Below, one piece after another: positions 52,781 through 63,977 of a stretch of DNA of 64,000 bases. A program made the position numbers and the translations under genes. This DNA is from Octopus sinensis (Eukaryota): positions 8,246,001 to 8,310,000 of the forward strand of contig NC_043024.1 in the NCBI RefSeq assembly GCF_006345805.1, in the 5' to 3' direction. Positions within the stretch are counted from its first letter, which is position 1. Each line of letters starts with the position of its first letter. The notes beneath the pieces were generated by a model. The model saw nothing but the letters and a program-made list of their open reading frames with translations, searched no databases and had not been told where the DNA came from.

Positions 52781-53520
52781 TCATTATCTTCCTCCAGCCA
52801 TGCTCTCTCCCCTCTGTTGTACTCCATCCTTAGAACCACCTCCATTCCTCATTATCTTCCTCCAGCCATGCTCTCTCCCCTCTGTTGTACTCCATCCTTA
52901 GAACCACCTCCATTCCTCATTATCTTCCTTCAGCCATGCTCTCTCCCCTCTGTTGTACTCCATCCTTAGAACCACCTCCATTCCTCATTATCTTCCTGCA
53001 ACCATGCTCTCTCCCCTCTGCTTTACTCCATCCTTAGAACCACCTCCATTCCTCATTATCTTCCTTCAGCCATGCTCTCTCCCCTCTGTTATACTCCATC
53101 CTTAGAACCACCTCCATTCCTCATTATCTTCCTTCAGCCATGCTCTCTTCCCCTCTGTTATACTCCATCCTTAGAACCACCTCCATTCCTCATTATCTTC
53201 CTCCAGCCATGCTCTCTCCCCTCTGTTGTACTCCATCCTTAGAACCACTCCCATTCCTTATTATCTTCCTCCAGCCATGCTCTCTCCCCTCTGTTGTACT
53301 CCATCCTTAGAACCACCTCCATTCCTCATTATCTTCCTCCAGCCATGCTCTCTCCCCTCTGTTGTACTCCATTCCTCATTATCTTCCTGCAACCATGCTC
53401 TCTCCCCTCTGTTGTACTCCATCCTTAGAACCACCTCCATTCCTCATTATCTTCCTCCAGCCATGCTCTTTCCTCTATTCTACATTATCCTCTTCCAGCC
53501 ATGGCCTCTCCTCTCTGCTA
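52781..53520 (+). repeat. 68-bp minisatellite, about 11 units, in an MMADHC intron
   Basis: Period 52787, 52855, 52923...; one deleted unit near 53332-53381. Confidence 0.92.
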
Positions 53521-53807
53521 CACTCCATCCTTAACACCTCTTTCATTTGCTATCGCTCCCAGTCTCCTCACCACCTCCACTGAGCCTCTTCTATATCCCA
53601 CATTTATTTCAGTCACCTCTATCACATCCAGGTATCTCATCTCTCCTCATAATCTAATGAAATTTTCCCCACTGTCAGCCTTGCCCGCTAATCCACTATA
53701 TCACTTCACCTATATTTACCGCCCCCCACTGTACTTCGAGGGTTATGTTGTGACAGATATCCACCACCATCTCTCCCTCTCTCTCCATCTTTATCTTTCT
53801 ATTTTAA

Positions 53808-54027
53808 CCCTTTCGTTACCAACCCGGCTGAAACCACCTGGCTCTGTAGTACAAATGTTTTGTTTTCATAAGTTTTGAATTAAAATCTTCCTCCAAACCT
53901 TAGTCACAATTTATGTTCCTAACACTAGCTGAATGATAACTAAGTTATTTTACTAAATTCTTTGTTATATTTAAAATTAATTGAAAGAAACACAGAGCAT
54001 CTCAACAGAAATATGTTAACAAAAGGG
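53808..54027. mobile_element. piggyBac-type MITE, followed by a right-truncated second copy (54048-~54255)
   Basis: TTAA|CCCTTTCGTTACC ... GTTAACAAAAGGG|TTAA. Confidence 0.75.
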
Positions 54028-54377
54028 TTAACAAATGATTAATTTAACCCTTTTGATACCAACCTGGCTGAAACCGCCTCTGGCTCTGTAGTACAATTGT
54101 CTTGTTTTCAAAAGTTTTAAATTAAAATTTTCCACCAAACCTTAGTCACAATTTATGTTCCTAACACTAGCTGAATGGTAACTAAGTTATTTTACTAAAT
54201 TCTTTGTTATATCTAAAATAATTGAGAGAAACACAGAGCATCTCAAAATAAATACAGTGAAATAAATGCTTGTCAAGTACTTTGATCAATGCAAACGACT
54301 TAGTCCCCTCTTGCGCCTCCATGGAAATAATCTGCTGTCCCTGGACTGAAATTTGCAAACATTATTTCTATTCGCAG

Positions 54378-54514
54378 CATTTAGTACACTTTTCCATGAC
54401 CGGGACATTATGAAGGATAAATTCACCGTTATTACAATCAGCCAAAAGACAGAAAATGATATGGCAACCTTTAACATTAACGTCAAGAAGGAACGAGAGA
54501 GCCTCCATCAAAGT
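54378..54514 (+). CDS. MMADHC: MMADHC exon (FSTLFHDRDIMKDKFTVITISQKTENDMATFNINVKKERESLHQS)
   Basis: Acceptor ttcgcAG and donor AGT|GTAAGT; 137 bp, phase 1 to 0. ITISQKTENDM matches recalled human LTVTQKTKNDM. Confidence 0.92.
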
Positions 54515-54677
54515 GTAAGTATACTAGGACCCATTGTGGGAGACACTGCTTTCTAGATGTCTCTTTAATCACCATTGTGTTTGAGTTTGAGTTTGCTTTC
54601 ACACTCCACTCTCTTTCTCCTCAATTCTATCTCTCTCTCACTCAATTCTTCATTTCTCTGTCTCACTGTACACTCTC

Positions 54678-55210
54678 TCACTCAAATTTTTCTCTGTCAC
54701 TCACACTCAATTCTCCCATTCTTTCCCTCATGCTTTCTCTCTCTCTCTCTCACTCAAATTTTTCTCTGTCACTCACACTCAATTCTCCCATTCTTTCCCT
54801 CATGCTTTCTCTCTCTCTCTCTCTCACTCAAATTTTTCTCTGTCACTCACACTCAATTCTCCCATTCTTTCCCTCATGCTTTCTCTCTCTCTCTCTCTCT
54901 CACTCAAATTTTTCTCTGTCACTCACACTCAATTCTCCCATTCTTTCCCTCATGCTTTCTCTCTCTCTCTCTCTCTCACTCAAATTTTTCTCTGTCACTC
55001 ACACTCGATTCTCCTATTCTATCCCTCATGCTTTCTCTCTCTCTCTCTCACTCCAATTTTTCTCTTTCACTCACACTCGATTCTCCCATTCTTTCCCTCA
55101 TGCTTTCTCTCTCTCTCTCTCACTCCAATTTTTCTCTGTCACTCACACTCGATTCTCCCATTCTTTCCCTCATGCTTTCTCTCTCTCTCTCCCTCAAATT
55201 TTTCTGTGTC
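54678..55210 (+). repeat. ~65-70-bp CT-rich minisatellite, about 8 units, in an MMADHC intron
   Basis: Unit ctcactcaaatttttctctgtcactcacactcaattctcccattctttccctcatgcttt(ct)n. Confidence 0.9.
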
Positions 55211-55440
55211 ACTCACACTCGATTCTCTTTTTCTCTCACTCTCGATTCTCTTTTTCTCTCACTCTCTCAACTCTCTCTCTCTCTCTCATTCAAATCTCCC
55301 TTTCTTTCCCTCTTTTCACTCAACTGTCTCTTACTATAGTAGAAGACACTTTCCCAAGGTGCCACGCAGTGGGACTGAACTCAGAGCCATGTGGCTTGTA
55401 AGCAAGCTACTTACCACACAGCCACATATATATATATATA

Positions 55441-55939
55441 CTAGCAGTATCGCCTGGCGTTGCTCGGGTTTGTAAGGGAAATAACTATATAAGCATTTTT
55501 AGAGAGTTATAGCCAAAAAATAGCAAAAAATGCATTAAAAATGGAAAAGAAATGATGGTAAATTTTTTTTTAAATCGTTGACTCATCGTAGACATTTTTA
55601 GAGAGTTACTTCCCTTATATAATAACGAAAAAATGCATTAAAATGGAAAAAAATGATGGTAAATTTTTTTTAAAATCGTTGACTCATCGTAAACATATTT
55701 AGAGAGTTACTTCCCTTATATAATAACGAAATAAATTCATTAAAATGGAAAAAAATTATGGTAAATTTTTTTTTTAATTGTAGACTCATTGTAGACGCGC
55801 GCTAATACCCAGAAGGGCTCGATATGAATGACGACTATAAGATACCCGCTTTTGGTTAAACTGCACCGCAAAATGTGGGAGTAGTTAGGAATCTAAATCG
55901 TAGGAGACAGACACACAACTTCACTTTTATATATAAAGA
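55441..55939 (-). mobile_element. Non-autonomous Helitron with internal tandem duplication
   Basis: Helitron termini on the - strand; an internal ~120-bp unit is repeated about 2.5 times. Confidence 0.8.
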
Positions 55940-56313
55940 TATATACACATATACACGTGTGTGTGTGTGTCTTTCTGGTGCAGCCTCTCAGCTTATCAGC
56001 CCTGATCAAACTGTCCAACCCATACTAGCATGAACAACAGACATTAAATGAGATCATCATCATCATGATCTTTGTGTCTGTGTTTGTTCCCCCCCCCCCC
56101 CCACACACACACCACTTGACGACCGGTGCTGGTGTGTTTACGTCCCTGTAACTTAGCGGTTCAGCAAATGAAACCAATAGAATAAAGTACCAGGCTTTAA
56201 AAAAATAAGTGCCGGGCTCAGTACACTCAACTAAACAAGTCTTAATCCCTCTGTTTCACTCTTGCTTAACTCTCCCTCTCTCCTTCTTACTCCCTTATTT
56301 CTTTATATTTCAG

Positions 56314-56400
56314 TTCATGGAAGGAGCCAAAATAATTTCCGATTCTCTGAAGGAACTTGGCTTTTGGGCTGACTACCTCGATACATCAACTGGAAAACTT
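56314..56400 (+). CDS. MMADHC: MMADHC exon (FMEGAKIISDSLKELGFWADYLDTSTGKL)
   Basis: Acceptor atttcAG and donor CTT|GTAAGT; 87 bp, phase 0-0. Matches recalled human F(I/V)[26 protein letters not shown]. Confidence 0.95.
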
Positions 56401-56652
56401 GTAAGTAGATTCCTCCGCCCAACCCCTCTCTCTTTTTCTGTCCCCTCCCTATTTTCAGCTCATGGGTTATGGGATTCCTCTTACCAACTATGTTCTGGTA
56501 GGGCAGCTTTATCGTTGTAATGCGTACCATCTAAGGGTCATCCCAGATGATAGAGAATGATGGTGATTATAATGGTAATGGGGGTGAGAGTGATGATAGT
56601 GGTAATGGTGAAGATGGTGGTGCTGCTAATGATGGTAATTCTCTCTCTCTTG

Positions 56653-57062
56653 ACTCTTTTACTTGTTTCAGTCATTTGACTGCAGCCATGCTGGAGCACT
56701 GCCTTTAGTCAAGCAACTCGACCCCGGTACTTATTCTTTTTGTAAGCCCAGTACTTATTCTATTGGTCTCTTTTGCCGAACCGCTAAGTGACGGAGGAGA
56801 CGTAAACACACCAGCATCGGTTGTCAAGCAATGCTAGGGGGACAAACACAGACACACAAACATACACACACACACATATATATATATATACATATATATG
56901 ATTGGCTTCTTTCAGTTTCCGTCTACCAAATCCACTCACAAGGCTTTGGTCGGCCCAGGGCTATAGCAGAAGACACTTGCCCAAGGTGCCACGCAGTGGG
57001 ACTGAACCCGGAACCATGTGGTTGGTAAGCAAGCTACTTACCACACAGCCACTCCTGCGCCT
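56653..57062 (-). mobile_element. Family B-C SINE in the last MMADHC intron
   Basis: Full-length reverse copy. Confidence 0.85.
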
Positions 57063-57584
57063 ATGATAATGGTTGATGATTGTGGTAGTAGTGATGATGA
57101 TGGTAGTGAGGACAGTGTTGGTGATGTTTATGATGATGATGGTAGTGATCTTTTATCTTTGTTTCACTCATTGGTCTGTGACCATGCTGGAGTACCACTT
57201 TGAAGGGTTTTAGTAAAAAAAATCGACCCCAGTTTGTGTTTTTTTTAAACCTGGTATTTTATTTATAAGTTTATTATGCCAAACTGTTGAGATGCAGGGA
57301 TGCAAATAAACCAACTCCACTAGCACAGATGCCAGTCATCGAATTTGATTTCGATTTCACTTGCCTCAACATTTGCCTTATTCTTCATTTGTGATATGAT
57401 CTCTGTATGATATTCCCAAAAGCCTCCTGAAACAGTTCATCTCTGTAGCTTGGAGTCTTCTTTCAATTTCTGCTGTTGGTGTCCAGGTTTCACAGATCAA
57501 CACATTATCAAAACACACGTATAAACACACCTGTACATACCTATGTCTAATACACAGATTTCTGTTTTTTCATTTCTGTTACAG

Positions 57585-57803
57585 TTTGAATCCCCGCATC
57601 CACATGAGGTCATGTTGGAGACTGATGAACGGTATCGGTATCTGGGATTTGATATTGAAGACATAATCTGCTGTCATGTGATATCCCATCATAAATGGGG
57701 TACACATGCATACGTTGGGTGTCTCTTTACTAACCTCCCTCCTGATCACCCAGTGTTAAAAGACATGTGTCACAAGACAATAACAGGCAAAACTCGCTCT
57801 TAA
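57585..57803 (+). CDS. MMADHC: MMADHC last coding exon ([72 protein letters not shown])
   Basis: Acceptor ctgttacAG, stop TAA at 57801-57803. Matches the recalled ETDERYRHLGF...CCKVIRH..WGTH..VG..FTN signature. The joined CDS is 855 nt = 284 aa + stop. Confidence 0.95.
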   Translation, partial: FESPHPHEVMLETDERYRYLGFDIEDIICCHVISHHKWGTHAYVGCLFTNLPPDHPVLKDMCHKTITGKTRS

Positions 57804-57836
57804 AACAAGTTTCTACTAACAGTTACAAACTTTGTG

Positions 57837-57881
<45 letters not shown>

Positions 57882-58389
57882 GAAGGTGGCAGGTTGACAG
57901 AATGGTCAGCATGATAGATAAGATGTTTAGTGACATTTCATCCGTCTTTACATCCTGGGTTCAAATACCACTGAGGTTGACTTTGCCTTTCATCCTTTCA
58001 GGGTAAATAAAATAAATAAGTACCAGTTGAGCACTGGGGGTCAATGTAATCAACTGCTCCCCCTTTTCAAAAATGTCTGATCTTGTGTCTCAATTCAAAA
58101 ACCATAATTATTAATTATCTAAGCTATGTTTTCTTAGCGAAAACCCAACAAATCTAGCTTTGTTTGTGAAGCTACACAAATATTTTAAGGAATGTAATAT
58201 TTAAAAGATATATTGTCTTTTAGTATTTGTGTGTAATAAAATAATTTAAATTGAATAAATTTGAATTTGTAGTTTTCTTCTACAGTCAATATATATATAT
58301 ATATATATATAATATTAGGGAGTATAACTCCAAACTTACAGGGAAAAATTCAATTTAGTATTCAATCAAATTTTACAATATAAATATAT

Positions 58390-58832
58390 AAAATATAAAT
58401 TAGAGATAAAACCACTATTATGTAATTCAAACAATGATAGACATAATCCAAAACATAAATAACAAATAAAATATATTTTTATAAAACATATAACCAGATC
58501 ATAAAAAGTATAAAAATGAATAATCAATATATTATATTAAATTTAATCGAAAATCAATTTAAAATTATAGTCAATCTTCAGGTTAACAATAATAGTTAAA
58601 TAAATAAGCAAATAGAGTTAAAAAATATTTATTAAAAAAATAAAATAAAATTTAATTCAAATTTAATTATAGCCATGAAGCATACATAGTTTTTTTACTT
58701 ATTATATATTGATTATTCATTTTTAAACTTTTTGTGATCTAGTTATATGTTTTATAAAAATATATTTAGTTATTTATGTTTTGGTTTGTGTCTATCATTG
58801 TTTGAATTGCATAATAGTGGTTTTATCTCTAA

Positions 58833-58842
<10 letters not shown>
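58390..58842. repeat. AT-rich fold-back element
   Basis: About 140-bp inverted arms (58390-58533 / 58704-58842) with the same terminus as the 15821 element. Confidence 0.85.
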
Positions 58843-58869
<27 letters not shown>

Positions 58870-58875
<6 letters not shown>

Positions 58876-59316
58876 TAAATGAAAGAATGGAGTTGAACGA
58901 AGATGTTAACAAAATTCCTTTACTCTCAACATATGTTTCGAAGACAGCATTTTTTCATTCCAAAGGAATAAAGGGTGCATTATGCAAACTTCTCATCATT
59001 GTTTGTCTTGTTGTCAAGAGAGGCTCCCTTTCTTTCCTGATGAGAAGATTGCATAATGCACCCTTTATTCCTTTGGAATGAGAACATGCTGTCTTTGAAA
59101 CATATGTCGAGAGTAAAGGAATTTTGTTAACATCTTCGTTCGACTCCATTCTTTCATTTATTCATATACAACACCCAAATTTCTGCACATGAACCCGGAG
59201 TTTCTACCCTTGACAGGTCGCTTCAACCGTGTTTCTGACGTGAATTTGCTACCCAGGTTTCGGTTAAACGAATTTTCCATGCTGATGATAAACATATGAT
59301 AATTCATTCACCTACT

Positions 59317-59320
<4 letters not shown>
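58870..59320 (+). mobile_element. TA-flanked PLE-pLTR-like element with an inverted partial copy (arms 58870-58998 / 59038-59166)
   Basis: The long arm is homologous, in reverse orientation, to 18750-19030 and carries the hammerhead at its 5' end. Confidence 0.7.
59032..59113 (+). ncRNA. Type I hammerhead ribozyme motif (canonical core, long stem II)
   Basis: ctttc-CTGATGA(59037-43)-gaagattgc...gctgtcttt-GAAA(59097-100)-catatg-TC-gagag. Stem I is 5 bp, stem III is the palindrome ACATATGT, and the triplet is GUC (cleavage after 59108). Confidence 0.8.
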
Positions 59321-59348
<28 letters not shown>

Positions 59349-59838
59349 TTTTGGGATGGTTGTTTTAAAAAATTTTTGTCACATGAACACATGCACTATA
59401 TATTTGTTCTTCACTCGTTTGTTACTCGTTTGTTACTTATTCTAACTCATGTCCATTGTCTGGAAATCTTTCATCACACATCTGTGACCTCTTCCGCAAC
59501 ACTTTCCATCCTCACGTGTGCTCTTGCGCTGCTTAATCCATTCGTATATATATATATATGGCCCAGTGGTTAGGGCAGCGGACTCACGGTCGCAGGATCG
59601 CGGTTTCGATTCCCAGACCGGGTGTTGTGAGTGTTTATTGAGCGAAAACACCTAAAAGCTCCACGAGGCTTCGGCAGGGGGTGGTGATCCCTGCTGTACT
59701 CTTTCGCCACTCTTTCTTCTGTTGGCCTGCTCGCTTAGCCAGTGGGGTGGCGTCATTTGAAGGCTAAAAACAATGCGAACGCATTGTGACCAGCGATGTG
59801 TAACAACATCTGATGGTCTGGTCGGTCACGAGATTTCA

Positions 59839-59878
<40 letters not shown>

Positions 59879-60027
59879 CACTGCTTAATCCATTCATAAA
59901 TATATATTTATATGTACACTAGAAGTATTGCCCGGCTCGTGTGTTCTATGCACATGTGAATTAAGCTAAACTTGGATGAAGTTCAATCAAAATTCAGTTA
60001 TTTTGGTTTTAAAATCAAGCATTTAAT

Positions 60028-60451
60028 GCCCTCTACGGAGAGCTTGCTAGGGGTACTAGGTCTGTGGGTAGACCGATCTTACGTTACAAGGATGTTTGCA
60101 AAAGGGATATGAAGGCCTGCAACATCAATATTAGCGGTTGGGAGGCAGTTGCCGGCAACCGTGGAGAATGGCGACGTACAGTAAAAGAGGGAATACAAAG
60201 GAGTGACAGAGAGAGAGAGGAGAAATGGAAAGAAAGGAAGAGACGTAAACAAGAGACTATGGCACTACAACCAGCCAGGAACAGTCTTCGCTACATTTGC
60301 GGTACCTGCCAGAGGGAGTGTTTGTCCAGGATAGGACTACACAGCCACAGCAGGAAATGTATCAGGACATGAAATATAAAAGCCGGACTAGACTACTTCA
60401 TGCGCAACTCCATTGTCTCCCGAGACAGAAAGGATGCCAATACAATACAAT
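60028..60451 (+). mobile_element. RTE (BovB/RTE-1-like) LINE 3' fragment
   Basis: ALYGELARGTRSVGRPILRYKDVCKRDMKA...W...CGTCQRECLSRIGLHSHSRKC*. The 3' tail is cattgtctcccgagacagaaaggatgcc followed by (AATAC)n. Confidence 0.85.
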
Positions 60452-61796
60452 GCCCTCTATTTTTGCACTTATGTGTTCCATTTCCTCAATAGGAAGTACG
60501 TAGAAGCGTTTCATAAATTTTTGTTGATCAAATAATTGCATTGTTGAATTATTCTTTTAGATCAGTCTTTCTCATATCTCCATGGTTTCTCGTTGCCTGT
60601 TTCCCTTTGACTAAACATTTTTATATCTTACTTTCCCCTATCCCCTCACACCACTCTCACTCCCCTCGCTATCTTTTGTCATTCTATCACTCAGCCATTA
60701 TTTCTTCCAAGGGAGGCTACTCCATAACATTGATAGTTTTTCTAGAGTTACCTCCTTCAATGCTCAAACTTTAATCTATGATCTATAAGGCCTAAACAAA
60801 CACATTATCGATTTTTGCACTTGCGATATGAATTTTGGAACAGAAATAACGCAGTTCAATTTTCATTCGCCTAAACTTTAAGTGACCCATTTTTGGTGGT
60901 TCTACGATTTGTTAGCTAGGAGGAGATGTGCCGGGAAGTTAAACACACCGATACACACACAGACACACAAGTTGAGTTTTATATATATAGAAATATATAT
61001 ATATGCACACACACACACATATATATATTTATATATATATACTCTTACTTTTTACTCTTTTACTTGTTTCAGTCATTTGACTGCGGCCATGCTGGAGCAC
61101 CGTCTTTAATCGAGCAACTCGACCCCGGGACTTATTCTTTTGTAAGCCCAGTACTTATTCTATCGGTCTCTTCTGCCGAACCGCTAAGTGACAGGGACAT
61201 AAACACACCAGCATCGGTTGTCAAGCAATGCTAGGGGGACAAACACAGACACACATACATATATATACATATATACGACAGGCTTCTTTCAGTTTCCGTC
61301 TACCAAATTCACTCACAAGGCATTGGTCGGCCCGGGGCTATAGCAGAAGACACTTGCCCAAGATGCCACGCAGTGGGACTGAACCCGGAACCATGTGGTT
61401 GGTTAGCAAGCTACTTACCACACAGCCACTCCTGCTTACTGTATTCATTGTGTCCTCTCCCCCTCTACACCCAGATTCTCACCAGTCACAACATTTTCCA
61501 CCTCCACTCTCTACTCGGGACTTCTTGGCAATACCCGCCATCATTCATCTCTCTCTCTTCCGTACTCTACCCTCCCATCTGTACTCTGATTCCTGTTCCT
61601 TGCAAGTACACCCCAGCACTAACTGCCTTCACTTTCCTGTTCTTCCTGTCTCCTTACTCTCTCTCTCTCTTTCCCTTGCTCTTCCTTCTGGCTGAGTAAT
61701 CATGTATCTTCTCTACAGTAAACCTATTTCTGCCCTCATTCTAGATCACTCTCTCTTCCTCCTTCCTCTAGCTAGATAACCCTATATCTCCTTTGT

Positions 61797-62180
61797 GGAG
61801 GCGCAATGGCCCAGTGGTTAGGGCAGCGGACTCGCGGTCATAGGATCGCGGTTTCGATTCCCAGACCGGGCGTTGTGAGTGTTTATTGAGCGAAAACACC
61901 TAAAAGCTCCACGAGGCTCCGGCAGGGGATGGTGGTGATCCCTGCTGTACTCTTTCACCACAACTTTCTCTCACTCTTACTTCCTGTTTCTGTTGTACCT
62001 GTATTTCAAGGTGCCGGCCTTGTCACTCTCTGTGTCACGCTGAATATCCCCGAGAACTACGTTAAGGGTACACTTGTCTGTGGAGTACTCAGCCACTTAC
62101 ACGTTAATTTCACGAGCAGGCTGTTCCGTTGATTCGGATCAACCGAAACTCTCATCGTCATAACCAACGGAGTGCTTCCA
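61797..62180 (+). mobile_element. tRNA-derived SINE (family D), full copy
   Basis: A box TGGCCCAGTGG and B box GGTTTCGATTCC. Other copies: 38427-38590, 40868-41237, 44946-45327 -, 46205-46499 - (alternative tail), 59559-59829 (alternative tail). Confidence 0.85.
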
Positions 62181-62641
62181 TATCTCCTTTACAGCAGCAC
62201 ACCTCTTTCTTGTTAACTTCTCCTCTCTCTCTAGGTAACCATGTCTCTCCTCATCAGCAGCACACCTGTTTCTGCCCTCATTCTTGTTAACCCACCCTCT
62301 TTGTCTCCCTCTCTCTACCTGGGTAACCATGTACCTCCTCTGCAACACATCTGTTTCTGTCTCACTGTCTCACTCTAACCTTTCATCTCTCTATATATAA
62401 ACGGCAAAATGTCTGTCTGTCTGTGTATCTCTCTCTTTCTCTCTTTACTCTTTTTACCTGTTTCAGTCATTTGACTGTGGCCATGCTGGAGCACCACCTT
62501 TTAGTTGAGCAAATCGACCCCAGGACTTATTCTTTGTAAGCCTAGTACTTATTCTATCGGTCTCTTTTGCCGAACTGCTAAGTAACAGGGACATAAACAC
62601 ACCAGCATCGGTTGTCAAGCGATGTTGGGGGGACAAACACA

Positions 62642-62709
<68 letters not shown>

Positions 62710-63459
62710 TACGACAGGCTTCTTTCAGTTTCCGTCTACCAAATCCACTCACAAGGCTTTGGTCGGCCCGAGGCTATAGCTGAAGACACTTGCCCAAGGT
62801 GCCATGCAGTGGGACTGAACCCGGAACCATGTGGTTGGTAAACAAGCTACTTACCACACAGCCACTCCTACGCTTATCCTTTATACAAATCCGCAATTTT
62901 TCAGTTAGAGGGATCACACTTTCTATGGTCATTCAAAACCGTCCAAGGGTGGTCGTGCACATCTTTACATTTCCCCAGTCACCTCGCAAAGCCATTAAAA
63001 AATCAATAGAAGTGACTTTTTTGTGAATTTTCTATCCAAAATCCAATCAAAATGCCCGAAACTTGATACGCCAATTGAATGCCAGCTAGCTGTATGTGAT
63101 TGGTCGGAGATTTGGACAGTACTCGCGTGTATGTGTGCACACACGCAGCTGTATATGCATGCACTAGCACTATGACCCACTGTTGCCAGGTCATAGTGCT
63201 AGTATATATATATATATACTTTATTTCAAAGCAGCAGAAATTCAACAAAACCTGTTACTCTGAGTTTCATGTTCCCGTTTGTCGGACAGTTTTTTTAACT
63301 GCTTTGAAATAAAGCATATTACCCTGCAAAGCCATTAAAAAATCAATACAAGTGACTTTTTGTGAATTTTGTGATTTGGACAGTATTCGCGTGTATGTGC
63401 GCATGCATGCAACTGTATATGCATGCACTAGTTTGTAAGCAAGCTACTTACCACACAAC

Positions 63460-63861
63460 CACATTTAAGAACTTGTTTAAGAACTCTGATGTAATGATTT
63501 TCTTTTGCTTTTTCTGACAAATTGATTTTTCCTCATCATATAAGTCTTATATGATGCCTTCGTTGACAACATTTCTGACTGTTCCTTCTGACAGATGGAG
63601 ATCTTCTGCAATTGACCTCATGGACTTTCTGGGATTGTAATGAATGGTCTGTTGAACTTGCTGGATAAATTCAGATGTTCTGATGATTTCAGAGCATTTA
63701 GAATGCTTTTTATGCTTCGATACTGGTGATACATTTCCATTTTCAGTCTCTCGCTTCTTACAAAATTTGTAGATGAAAGATGTGGCAACTTTTAAAAATC
63801 GAGATATTTTTAAATCGCTATGCTCAGCCTTTATAACCATGGTGGAATATGAACTCAGCAC
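63460..63861 (-). pseudogene. Degenerate IS630/Tc1/mariner transposase N-terminal fragment (maT/DD37D-like)
   Basis: HTH-type text IIRTSEFIQQVQQTIHYNPRKSMRSIAEDLHLSEGTVRNVVNE continues after a frameshift as YKTYMMRKNQF. Confidence 0.6.
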
Positions 63862-63928
63862 ATAACAGCAGACAAAATACCCCTAAGCATTTTGCCTAGT
63901 GTGCTAATGATTCTGCTCACTGCCCTTT

Positions 63929-63977
<49 letters not shown>

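Noticed and set aside
52673-55475. Long ORFs (up to 274 aa) over the 68-bp and CT-rich arrays
   Set aside because: They are intronic minisatellites that lack stops by composition.
1616-63312. Numerous ORF-track entries rich in YI, VC, HT, LS or KER repeats
   Set aside because: They are translations of (TA)n, (CA)n, (CT)n and (CTTT)n microsatellites.
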